Source of the DNA: Callorhinchus milii
Lineage: Eukaryota
Length of the DNA: 64,000 nucleotides
Assembly: GCF_018977255.1 (NCBI RefSeq)
Contig: NW_024704743.1
Location: 80,354,001 to 80,418,000 of the forward strand
Direction of reading: 5' to 3'
The notes under the pieces were generated by a model. That model was not told where the DNA came from and did no database searches. It was given only the letters and a program-made list of their open reading frames with translations. Positions 26,767 to 38,448 of the stretch are shown here, one piece after another. Each line of letters opens with the position of its first letter. Position 1 is the first letter of the stretch. A program made the position numbers and the translations under genes.

Positions 26767-27125
26767 CAACAACAACTTGCACTTATATAGCACCCTCCAC
26801 ACAGGGTAGTGTCTCAGAGCGCTTAACAGTGGCGGAGCCTGACTCCAAGACGGGGTGGGGGGAGGTGGCCGTAAGCATGATCGAAGAGGAAGGTTTTCAG
26901 GTGGGGAGAGAAAAAGGAGAGAGAGGAGCAAAGGTGGAGGGATTGAGAGAGTGTTCCAGAGTTTTGGGACATAATAGCTGAAAGCATGACCTCCGATGGT
27001 GGGGCGGAAGGTGTGAGGGACAAACAGGAGGCCGGTGCCAGTCGAGTGGAGGTGCCGGGTGATGGATTGGGGAGTGAGGAGGTCGGAGAGGTAGGGAGGT
27101 GCCAAGGAATGAAGGGATTTGAACA
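26767..27125 (-). mobile_element. L2 3' fragment
   Basis: ORF FKSLHSLAPPYLSDLL...GGHAFSYYVPKLWNTL; (CAA)n tail. Confidence 0.9.
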
Positions 27126-30100
27126 CGATCCATTGAACACGTGAATGGATTCTAGAGCACTGAGGCCAATCGTAGTACTGCCTAGTGCTTCCTCAATGGA
27201 TAGAACATGGGACTCTCCCAGACTGTATCACTCGGCTGCTGAACAAATAAAATTGCGCCCTGTCCAGCATGTGTTCTTTTTTAAATCAGTGCTATATTGT
27301 CAGAGTTCTCAAATATTATCTTCTGGGTTTAGGTGATAATTTTATTGTTTGATCAATGTGAGCCTCAGTAAGAGAATTTGCTCTCTCCAGATGAGGTCAG
27401 AATCTATATCTAGCCCAGTTGCACACTAACCCATATTGTTGCATTTTACTCTGTAATTCTTTTTAAAATATATTCTAGGCATCCTATTAGATGTATATAA
27501 GTGTAATCTTACTGTTATAAAATAAATTTAACCTAACATTTTTAATGTTTTGAAATATTTGTTCAAGGTTTTTTTCACTCAACAAAATTCCCTTATAAAA
27601 TATCCGTCAAAGAAATCTGGAAACCATAAAGCTTTATTTCATTGCTGCTTGGAATAGCGTGGAGAACATGATGTAGGTGCTTTATTTACGAGTGCTAAAA
27701 AAACGCTGTTTTATTTATGGAAGTTGCATCTATGAATGATAATATTAAAATATTAACCAGCTAACATATTGCCATTAAGGATTTTCTGCTTATCATGTAT
27801 AAGTAAAGCAAAAGTAAAACGATCTACACACAGTGAGAATTTGTAAAGCACTTTGAGATATTATCCTAAGCGAAGGTGTTAAAATAAGTGCAAATTGTTG
27901 TTGTAGCAGCATATACATTAAGCTGTAAATAATTATTCATTATTTCCCATAAATGCATTTGCCCACAAAAAGCAGTCACTCTACAGGATGAAGTGCAAGG
28001 AGACATTCTACTGATATGAAAGGTGCTATATCAAATGCAAGGATGATTATAATTACTGTATTGTAAAAAAATACAATATGGTGTGATTATATCTAATAGC
28101 TACATTGTTTTGAAACAAACAATTCAGACACCTGGTAACTGCAGACTCTAGGAATGATAATTTGAGATCTGTCTTGTCTAGTCATTAAGATTTTGAGACA
28201 AGTAAATCCTAATTGTATTGGACACAATGTCATTGTGACATTACAGCTTTGATTCTCAAATCTGTGAGGTATACAATTCCATTTTACTATTAACCGTGCA
28301 GTTGGAATGTGAATCATGAAGTACGGTTCCAAAACTGCATTCAAAATGGAGCTTTTGTTCAAAATGAGCGTTAACTAAATTGCATAAATTATTTTATTGT
28401 TGGCTCATTGGATCCTGGCCCAGATATACAGAAGAAGCCAGAAATTGTCTTAAAGGTCACTGTAAGGCTGTATGATTAGCTAAGATGCTTACACAGGATT
28501 GCAAACTTGTTAGGCAAAAAAAAGCCTGACACAAATGTATTAACAGGTGCATAAGGCCACAGAGGACACGTTTCAGAATGTTCCAGTGCAGATTTGCACC
28601 TTTCTTTTTCATCATAACCATTCGTTTCAGAGTTGAATAATGAGCCAGCTGATAAGATTCATCACAAATTACCCCAATAACACAGAAACTATGACAAGCT
28701 GACTTTGTTTAAAGATGTGACTCTGTTAGATGCAGAGTTTCATATACAAGGTGGCATAGTAATGTGTTTGCTAATGGTGTTGGCTTTGGCTGTGAAAGGC
28801 TTATCAGATGGATTCAAACAATAATCTCTTTCCGTTTAATGAGAATTCAGCTATAGGCAACAATTTTCATCTGCCATCCTCTTTCACAATTCTTCCTGCC
28901 TTTTTGTAATGCCTGAGAATTGATACAGATCTAACTGGAAGCAAAAGCGAGCTGTACAGCAAACATTATATGCCAATTGATTGATGTTATTATTCACCTA
29001 CAGACAAAACCAACAGAGCCTCTCCCTCCCCCAGGGAATGTCCTTGGCAGGAAAAATATTTCAGTGATCCATCAGTTTGTGTGTATGCTAGCAATGAGAG
29101 CTTAATAGCGGTTTTCCACAAATTTCATAAATATTCATTAGATACTTTGACAAATATTTTAACCGTTATCATGCAAACCGCAGACTGGCAAAAATGAACG
29201 TAAAGCACACTGTACACCCATGCGTAAAGGAATGTGTGTGACATTACTTTAGTTTCCTCTAAAATGGATTTTGAAGTGGTGGGGGGAGGGGGGGCAGGGG
29301 TTCTCTGTCTGTATTGAAAGCGTTGTGGAGCAAACTTTACCCTTGTTTTCCTGTTCCACATCGCTAAACTCCTGACAAAAGAAAACCACATGAATGACTG
29401 TAATAACCCATGCAGAATCCAATCATGGTCTTAAGAGTAGCCAAATCAGACTGAGTGTTCTTCATATGTATGGCACTTACACATATAAATTTCCATTTTT
29501 CCAGAATGTAATATACACTCTCTCCCTGGAGGGACATACCCTGCTTATCTACTTGAGTGAGTATTAGGCATAAACCAAGGCTTGAGGACACTAGAATGTT
29601 CTTTGAGTACTGCTGAATTTTAACCAGTTAAAACTCACAGCCAGTCATTATGAGCTTCGCCTGGTAAGCTTCCCACTGCTTCTCCAGCTAGGATCACCCT
29701 ACCCACTGGAGCTTCAGCTTGCAGGGTTGACAGTTGCTGACAGCCCTCAATAACCAATCCGCTCCTCCAAGTGCTACCAATGTGCCAGGCTAGCTGGTCT
29801 GTTCATCAACACTGCCCTGGAATACTGCGGAGTGTCTGACTCACGGCCACACTGCCACAGTGGTTTGACTCGAATTCTAAAATTCTGTTGCAAAACATGT
29901 CACGTTGGAGTCAGTTCAGCTCCAATGAGCCGCACCAAACTCCCCTGGGAGGATAGTAGAATGACTGTAAAACGCTGAGAGAAATCGAGTCAAACCTCGA
30001 TGATGGTGGTGGTAGTCCGGCAAATGTTGAATGAATCAGCACAGACCCAATGCTATCAGAAGTTGTTCTTGTAAATGTAAAATTCCAATAGCACAATGAT

Positions 30101-31011
30101 ATTTAAACAGTACCGAAGATAATGTGAGTAGCAATAATCATGGTTAAATACAATACAATACAATATTACATTTGTGTAATCGTAGACAACTTTACACATA
30201 AGTACATATGTGTGCTAGTACATTCAGTAGTGGGATTCAGCAAATAACATGAACCATTCACTATAGTACCAATGTGCAACACTTTTTTCCAGTTCCAATC
30301 ACCCAATCCGATAACTCATTGCTTCTATGTTCAAAAGGCAAAACTAGAAATATTTTCAATCAAATGTCATAGAGAATAGGTAATGAACATGAACCCCATA
30401 AACGGCATCACCATAATCACAACATTCAACTTTTCAGAGTATTCTACCTAAACATACACTAAACATAACGATTTTTACCTTCAGAACCCTTCTCCACAGC
30501 AAAACAGAAATCTAACCAGTCTGTGGCCTAGCAACGGTTCAGATAGAGTTAAGTGAAGTACAGAAATTATTTGGTCATTTATATTTAATTTGAGTGAATG
30601 AACTCTACAGAGATTCAGTTGCAGAGAAAAGTTATTCCCAGTGTCCTGGCAAAAAAAAATCATTAAAATGCTCATACTGTATACACAAACCATCATGACT
30701 GTTTCGGGACATTGCTGTGAGCAAATTGACTGCCATGTTCACCAACAAAATACACAGTCACTACACTTAACAGAATCTTTGAGAGACAGTTTGAACCATT
30801 CAAAATTATAAATTCTATATCAAATGCTAGGATTATTATTTATTATTCTTACAGAGGAAACTGAAATCACAATGACTGAAAAATATGCTTGCCGTACATT
30901 TTTAAATGAAGATTTGTTTGAGGATCAAGACATTGCTTTGTCATTGGGATCACTTCTGAACCTAAAACCTTTATCTTTCAATGTGATTTTTTGACTCAAA
31001 ATGCGCTAAAT

Positions 31012-31796
31012 ATCTGAGGCCCTCCTGATTGGCTCACGCAAGCGCCTCCGCACCTCGGGAGCTGGCAGCATCAGCCTCCACGGCTGCACACTAAACCTCA
31101 CTAAGCCAGTCAGGAACCTGGGTGTATTTTTGACCCTGAACTGTCCTTTCTCCCCCACTTCCGCACAATGACTGGCACTGCCTACAACCACCTCCGCAAC
31201 ATTGCCAGACTCCGCCACTGTCTCACCCCTCAGGCTGCCGAAACCCTCACCCACCATTCGTTATATCAAGGCTCGATTATGGAAACTCCCTCCTTATCGC
31301 CCTTCCCAACTCTTCTCTTCACAAGCTGCAGGTGTTCCAAAGCTCTGCATCTCGTGTACTTTCACCCCCACCCTCGCTCGACTCCACTGGCTCCCCATCC
31401 CCTAGAGGATTGAGTTCAAGATCCTCGTCCTCACTTTCAAGGCCATCCATAGCCTTGCCTCCTCCTACCTCTCTGACCTGCTGACTCCCTACCAACCTGC
31501 CCGCTCCCTTCGTTCAGCGGGCTCCAGTCTGCTCCATATCTCCCGTCCGACCCACCCTACCATCGGTGGACCGTGCTTTCAGCCTCTCTGCCCCCACACT
31601 CTGGAACTTCATCCCACGGTCCCTTCGCCTCGCTTCCTCCCTTGCTTCCTTCAAGGCCGGTCTCAAGACCCTTCTCTTCGATTGTGCCTTTGGTCGCCCA
31701 ACCACCCCTCCCCCATGTTCGGGCCCCGACTCCTGATTGTTCAACGCTTTGGGATGTCCTCCCTACGTGAAAATGTAATTTTGTTGTTGTTGTTGT
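31012..31796 (+). mobile_element. L2 3' fragment
   Basis: ORFs HLRNIARLRHCLTPQAAETL and TLARLHWLPIP; (TTG)n tail. Confidence 0.92.
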
Positions 31797-31957
31797 ATCC
31801 ATTCTGAATACATTCTGAGTTCATTCGGAATACAACACCAGAGACCCCTTGCAATGATGCATGTCTATTAGAATGAGTAGGATATGTAGGTAGAAGGCTT
31901 TCCATATCCCTTGCAGCTTCTCAATTGGCAGTGCAGCCACTGTTAGTAGTACTATCT

Positions 31958-32287
31958 GTGGAGTCCTGTAGCTCAGTGATTAGAGCACTCGCTTTGCAAG
32001 TGAGAGACCTGAGTTCAATTCCAGGCAGGGCGAAACCTTGGGCAAGTTTCCTTACTCCACACGCCTAATAATAATCCCTCCAAAACTAAAANCAATAATT
32101 AAATTGGTCATTTTCAATCTACGACTGTTTGTGGGACATTGCTGTGCGCAATTGGCTGCCGCGTTCGCCCACAAATATGCAGTCAATTCACTTTACAGTG
32201 TGTTCTGTGAAGCGCTTTGGCACGTCCTCCCGACGTAAAAAGCGCTATATCAAATGCAAGGATTATTATTATTATTATTATTATTAT
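31958..32287 (+). mobile_element. Type A SINE, full length
   Basis: Near-identical to 18983-19305. Confidence 0.92.
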
Positions 32288-32990
32288 TCAATAAGATCAT
32301 GGCTGATCTTCAGACCTAACTCTAATTACCTGCTCTATCCCCATATCCCCTAATCCCTCTATTTTTTAAAAATCTATCAGTCTCAGCCTTGAAGATGTTC
32401 AAGGACCGAGCATCTACAGCCTTCTGGGGTAGTGAATTCCAATTCCTCTGAGTGAAGAAATGTTTCCTCAACTCTGTCTAAAAGGCTGACTTTTAATTTT
32501 AAGACTGTGACCCCTGGTTATAGATTCTCCTACCAGGGGAAACAGACCCTCAGTGTCTACTTTATCCAGCCCTTTAAGAATCTTATATGTTTCAATAAGA
32601 TCTCCCCTACTGTTTCTGGGACACTGCTGTGCGCAATTGGCTGCCGCGTTCGCCCACAAAAAAACAGTCAATTCACTTTACAGTATATTCTGTGAAGCGC
32701 TTTTGGGATGTCTAGAAGACGTGAAAAGCATTATATCAAATGCAATGATTAATTCTTCTGTACTCTAGAGAATATAGCCCTAGTTTATTCAGCCTATCCT
32801 CATAGGTCAGTCCCCTCATCCCAGGAACTAACCGAGTGAATCTACGCTGCACCCACTCTGGGGCAAGTATGTCCTTTTTTAAATAAGGAGACCAAAACTG
32901 CACACAATACTCTAGGTGCGGTCTCACCAAAGCCCTATACAGTTGCAGCAAGACTTCCATACTCTTGTACTCTAAACCTTTTGCAATGAA
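32288..32990 (-). mobile_element. CR1 3' fragment interrupted by a SINE 3' piece (~32610-32750, plus strand)
   Basis: ORFs LLQLYRALVRPHLEYCVQFWSPYLKKD...LGLYSLEYRR and RGDLIETYKILKGLDKVD lie on either side of the SINE piece. Confidence 0.9.
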
Positions 32991-32996
32991 CACAAA

Positions 32997-33215
32997 AGCA
33001 CTCGCCCCGCAAGTGAGTGACTTGGGTTTGATTCCCAGCAGGGCAAAACCTTGGGCAAGTTTCATTACTCCACACGCCTGATAATAATGCCTCAAGGAAA
33101 TAAATAAAATAACAAATTGGTCACTGAATCCATGATTGATTGAGTGTTTGTGGGACATTGCTGTGTGCAATGGCTGCCGCGTTTCGCCCACAAACATACA
33201 GTCAATTCACTTTAC
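32997..33215 (+). mobile_element. SINE, partial and diverged
   Basis: AGCACTCGCCCCGCAAGTGAG...CCTTGGGCAAGTTT...CAGTCAATTCACTTTACA. Confidence 0.8.
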
Positions 33216-33388
33216 ACTAGAAGAACCTGCAGTAAAATGTATTGGATTTCTTAATAATATTAAGAATCCTTATAACTGTGAACCACAATAAAATAATGCT
33301 TTTCACCGAAAAACACAATAACAAAACTGAGCTCCAGCACTTCTGAATATCATTGTCTACACTAAAGGAAACAAGATCATTTGTCCAT

Positions 33389-33677
33389 GTGGAGTTCTGT
33401 AGCTCAGTGGTTAGAGCACTCGCTTTGCAAGTGAGAGACCTGAGTTCAATTCCAGGCAGGGCGAAACCTTGGGCAAGTTTCCTTACTCCACACCCCTAAT
33501 AATAATCCCTCCAAAACCAAGAACAATAATAAATTGGTCATTTTCAATCTACGACTGTTTGTGGGACATTGCTGTGCGCAATTCGCCCACAAATATACAG
33601 TCAATTCACTTTACAGTGTGTTCTGTGAAGTGCTATGAAAAGCGCTATATCAAATGCAAGGATTATTATTATTATTA
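33389..33677 (+). mobile_element. Type A SINE with small internal deletions
   Basis: Matches 18983-19305 with two short gaps. Confidence 0.9.
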
Positions 33678-33849
33678 TGTGATGAAAAGAAATGCAACTG
33701 AGTTCTAATTGTTTTAGCAATGCTCTCATGCATTTCATGCTAAGTTGTGTTGTGCCCCAGAAGCTCGCAGCGAGTTCCCGGTATCGACCATCCACCTAAA
33801 ACTGACACTTGTTGAATGTCGAACAACCCAGTAGTGACATACAAAAACA

Positions 33850-34275
33850 AAAGTCACTGCAACACTCAGCAGGTCAGGCAGCATCTATGGAGAAAGGAAA
33901 GTGAGTCAACGTTTTGGGTCTATGATCCTTTGGCAGAACTGGGGCATGTTGGGAGAGAGAGGCTTTTAAGAGATAATAGAGTGGAGAAACAGGGCAAGGA
34001 AGACAAAGAAGAAAATGTCATAGAGGACAGAGGATGATGGATTAAAGAGGTGTTAATGATGCAAAACAAAGTGGGAGGATTGCAACAAAGGAGGAAAATA
34101 GAGATGTTAATCATGAAAAACCAAAGGGAATTGCAACAAAATGGGCAGACCAGAGAGAGAAAAGGTGTGTCTGGGACCTAGATGATGTGGTAATGGTCAC
34201 AGAAGATGGGAAGGGGGAAGGTGAGCTGTTATGGTCTGAAATTGTTGAAATCAATATTGAGGCCAGAGGGCAGAT
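33850..34275 (-). mobile_element. Penelope-like element remnant
   Basis: CTCAGCAGGTCAGGCAGCATCTATGGAGA...CAGAACTGG is the inverse of the repeat at 52025-52165. The Penelope assignment rests on recalled similarity to shark repeats and a hammerhead-like core. Confidence 0.55.
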
Positions 34276-35339
34276 AGATGTAAACAAGAACAAACAAATT
34301 GTCAAACAAAACTATAATAACAATGTAAATGTATTCTACTTTATAGCTGTGGAATGATTTGTGCAAAAGGATGGGAGAATGGGAGTTCTGAAGCATTCTG
34401 TTTTTGCAATCGTTGACTTGTTTTTAAAATATTGACACATGCTGTTCTGACTTTGAATTTAATTCTTTGTAATGCGTTGCTTCGGCTTGTGGTCTGAAAT
34501 GAAGCTTGACAGTACTTTACTTGGGTTGGGTACCCTCAGTGTTTAAATGATTGGAATAAATTGGGTTTCACTTAAACATATTTCAAATTGATCTGGACAA
34601 ATTTTTAAAAACCCACTTTCACGTTCCCTGCCTTGTTTCTATTATTGTTTAGTTTATTTTGTAGCATGAACATTCAATTGTATTTAATCATAAAACGACA
34701 GCAACAACTGTGTTTGTGATATGTTATTAACAGTCCATTGGTGGCTTGTCTGTTGACAATGATCCCGGTAGCTGACATAGATTGTTCTTTTGAAAAGCAT
34801 TTACCAACTTTTGTCAAAATACTATTCACCAAAGAAAGCTTGACATCATTAATTATAGCCGGGTTGTTGCAGTATATGGATATTTCAGAGTGATTATATT
34901 GGAAAAGGAGCAGTTCCTACTGACTCCTTATTGTCTGTAAATTGGAACGTGTGTCCCTTTCTGCCTTTGTTTAATACCTGCCCCTGGGAATAACAATTAC
35001 TCCACATCATGCATTCTGCAAACTGCATTTTGAAGCGGTCATGTGGCATGCTACCGAACTCTTCAACTTGGTAATAGCCCACAAAACAGAGATTTATATT
35101 CAAAAGAAAGATATTCATTTTATTTGCAGCAAAATAAAAAAAAGAATGCCAACCAGCATATCAATCGATTTAAATCTTCTTAGCAGGTAATACTCGCTTT
35201 TAAAACAGCTCAAGCTTTAGATTCACTTTTAAATTTTAAATAAAGTTTTAAAGACTTTTTAGATAGAAACACATGTGAAATACATTTTTTCACATCAGAT
35301 TTGTGATTTCCAGCATCTTTTTATCTTTCACTAGTTTGC

Positions 35340-35680
35340 CTTGGCTGAGTCAGAAGGTTGTGGGTTCAAGTACCACATCAGGACCTTGAGCTCATGGTCT
35401 CGGCTGATACTCCAATGTAGTGCTGGGGGTGTGATTAATTGTGGCAGGTACTGTGGATGAGAATATTCAAATGGATGTTAAAGATCCCATGACACTATTT
35501 GAAAAAAAGAAGGGAATTTCTCCTGGTGTTCTGGCTATTAATCCCCTGGATACAACTGATCATTCACTTCTTGGCTGTTTGTAGAACATTGGTGTGTGCA
35601 AATAGGCTGCCACATTTGCCTGCAAAATATATAGTTTTTGCACACTTTGAGACATTTGGCAAAGTGTTAAGGTAATATAT
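35340..35680 (+). mobile_element. DeuSINE (SacSINE1-like)
   Basis: CTGAGTCAGAAGGTTGTGGGTTCAAG head; GGATGTTAAAGATCCCATGACACTA. Confidence 0.78.
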
Positions 35681-36076
35681 TTAATGGAATATAATCTTAC
35701 AACAGAGTATAAATATATGCAACAAAAAATGTTGAAACAGCATCAAACATGCTGGCAACCACATGAAAGTCTGTGTGTATCAAATGGAGGACCCGCTGCT
35801 TTTCCAATGAAGATCAGACTCTCATTCCCCTGAAAGTGCGTTTCGTTCACAGGAAGATTAGCTCTCATTCCCTTTAATGATCTTTTCTCATGAAGACTAT
35901 GATCCATTTTCCCCCAAGAAGGCGATAGCCTCTTACTGAGGAAAGCAAAATCTTTATTGCACACGGTAGGGATTGCCTTCTTTGTAGAATGAAATACTTC
36001 TTTTAAAACCTCTTATTGCTCATTACTTCATTACAACCCAATCTCATCTCAACTCATCTCAGTCTTATACATATTC

Positions 36077-36510
36077 ACATAAATGTTCGATCTAACATCT
36101 GGATATGCAAGTAAGTGCATACTGGATGCATTTTATGTGATGAATATTAACATGCCCGCATAAGATTTATTGAGCATATTTCGCCACATACACTAATGTT
36201 ACTGTTGACAGGCGTATGATAATTTTGGCAATAATGTTACTTTTATCACCATTACACCACATGAAATGTTTATACCTTAATTTAAACCCATGACAAAAGA
36301 TTGCAGCATGTTAAAAAGAGATGGATGAACATCTGAAACATTGCTTTACAAATACACAGAATGGTTATTTACTGAGGAAAGATTGCAGCACAGGAAAGAA
36401 AACCCATTATGCACAAATCCATTCCTTATGTGGGCATGTTAATAATCATCACATAAAATGCATCCAGTGTGCACTTACTAGCACATCCAGATTTAGATCG
36501 AACATTATGT
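36077..36510. mobile_element. MITE-like element with ~100-bp terminal inverted repeats
   Basis: 36077-36178 is the reverse complement, with few mismatches, of 36408-36510 (e.g. CTGGATGCATTTTATGTGATGA / TCATCACATAAAATGCATCCAG). Confidence 0.75.
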
Positions 36511-36709
36511 TTTCAGATATTTCCCGATCAACTATTGTTCACATATATATCAAAATTAGTTACATTATATTTATTGAGTGAACAGCAAATGAGCTAAATT
36601 ACAAAGTGCATTATATAACAGAGTCAGAATATTGTGCTGCCCCCCTCACACAATAGGCAAACGATTTGGGCTCCATTTTTTTTTCAAGTTTGCCATTACT
36701 TTATAGGTG

Positions 36710-36915
36710 TCAGACTGGCTCATTTGATAGCAATCTCCCCTCTGAATCAGAGGTTGTGGAATCAAGCCCCACATCTGTACTTTGAATTCACAGTCAAAGC
36801 TGACACTCTAGTGCAGCACTACTGGTATACTGCATTTTCAGAGGTGCCATCCTTCGGATGAGATGTTACACTGAGGTCTCATCTTCCTGCTTGGATGGAC
36901 CCTTAAGATGCCATG
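36710..36915 (+). mobile_element. DeuSINE 5' part
   Basis: CTGGCTCA...CCTCTGAATCAGAGGTTGTGG...GAGGTGCCATCCTTCGGATGAGATGTTA. Confidence 0.72.
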
Positions 36916-36951
36916 AATAAAATTACCAATTTCACCTGGGTGATTATCAGA

Positions 36952-38128
36952 ATCTTACCAGGGATGAGGAACTTCAGTTATGTGGAGAGACTAGAGAAAC
37001 TGCAATTGTTCTCTTTAGAGCAACGACAACAACAACAACAACAACTTGGATTTATATAGCGCCCTCCACGCCGGACGGCATCTCAGAGCGCTTCACAGTA
37101 ACGGATCCCGGGGCCGAGCCAGGGGGAGGGGGAAAAAGGTGACCAAAGGCGCAGTTGAAAAGAAAGGTCTTCAGCAGAGACCTGAAAGCAGGAAGAGAAG
37201 GGGTGAGGCAAAGGGAGTGAGGAAGGGAGTTCCAGAGCCTCGGGGCATAGAGGCTGAAGGCACGGCCGCCGAGGATACCGCGGAGGACTCGGGGGATAAG
37301 GAGGAGGCCAGACCCGGAGGAATGAAGGCAACGGGCACTGTTGTGAGGAGAGAGGAGGTCAGAGAGATAGGGGGTGCAGAGAAGTGGAGGGATTTGAAGA
37401 CAAGGGTTAGGATCTTGAAATCGATCCTCTGTACTGCTGGCGGTTTCTGAGGTAGGACTCGAACAAGGCGAGTGCGGTCCCACTGAGGTGGATGACGGAG
37501 GAAAGGCCGTGGAGGAGGATGGCGTGATCGACTGTGTCAAACACAGTGGAGAGGTCCAGGAGGACAAGGAGGCAGAGGGAGCTCTGATCACAGAAAGAGA
37601 GGATGTCCTTTGTGACTTTCACAAGCACAGTCTCTGTACTGTGGGCAGGGCGGAAACTGGAGTGGTTCGAAGAGGGAGAGGGAGGAGAGGTGTGCGTGAA
37701 GTTGATTGGCAACACCGCGTTTTGCGAGGAAGGGCAGGTTAGAAACGGGGCAGTAGTGGTTGAGGGGAGAGTTAATAGAGGTGTTCAAAATTATGAGGGG
37801 TTTTGATAGAGTAGATAGGGAGAAACTGTTTCCTCTGGTGAGTGGGTTGGTAACCAGAGGACACAGATTTAAGATAATTGGCAAAAGAGCCAGAGTGGAA
37901 TGGAGCCAGAGAAGTATCTTTCCCCAGCGATTTGTTATGATTTGCAATGCCATGAAAGAGTGGTGGAAGCAGATTCGATAATTACTTTTAAGAGGGAATT
38001 GGATATTTACGTCAAAAGGAAAAAAATGCAGTATTATGTGGTAAGAGCAGGGGAGTGGGACTAGTTGGGTAGCTCTTTCAAAGAGCCAGCACAGGCACGA
38101 TGGACCAAATGGCCTCCTTTGGTACTGT
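36952..38128 (+). mobile_element. CR1 3' fragment split by an L2 insertion
   Basis: CR1 sequence up to TTCTCTTTAGAGCA (~37022) resumes at ~37758 as RGELIEVFKIMRGFDRVDREKLFPL. Confidence 0.88.
37021..37757 (-). mobile_element. L2 fragment with internal deletion
   Basis: (CAA)n tail, GRAFSLYAPRLWNSLP, and HSTETVLVKVTKDIL...DLSTVFDTVDH; deletion junction near 37435. Confidence 0.92.
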
Positions 38129-38448
38129 AATAAAAAAATCTTTGCATTTGATATAGCGCTTTTCACATCTTCTAGACATCTCAAAGTGCTTCACAGAATA
38201 GACTGTAAAGTGAATTGACTGTATATTTGCAGACGAAATGTGGCAGCCAATTGCGCACAGCAGTGTCCCACAAACAGTCAGGATTGAATTCACCAATTTA
38301 TTATTATTGCTTTTTTTCTTGAGGGATTATTATTAGGCGTGTGGAGTAAGGAAACTTGACCAAGGTTTCCCCCTGTCGGGAATCGAACCCAGGTTTCTCG
38401 CTTGCAAAGCGAGTGCTCTAAGGACTCCACTTAGCTACAGGACTCCAC
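38128..38448 (-). mobile_element. SINE short variant (type B-like)
   Basis: Tail TCTAGACATCTCAAAG, TTTTTTTCTTGAGGG middle, and a head with duplicated AGGACTCCACT. Confidence 0.85.
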
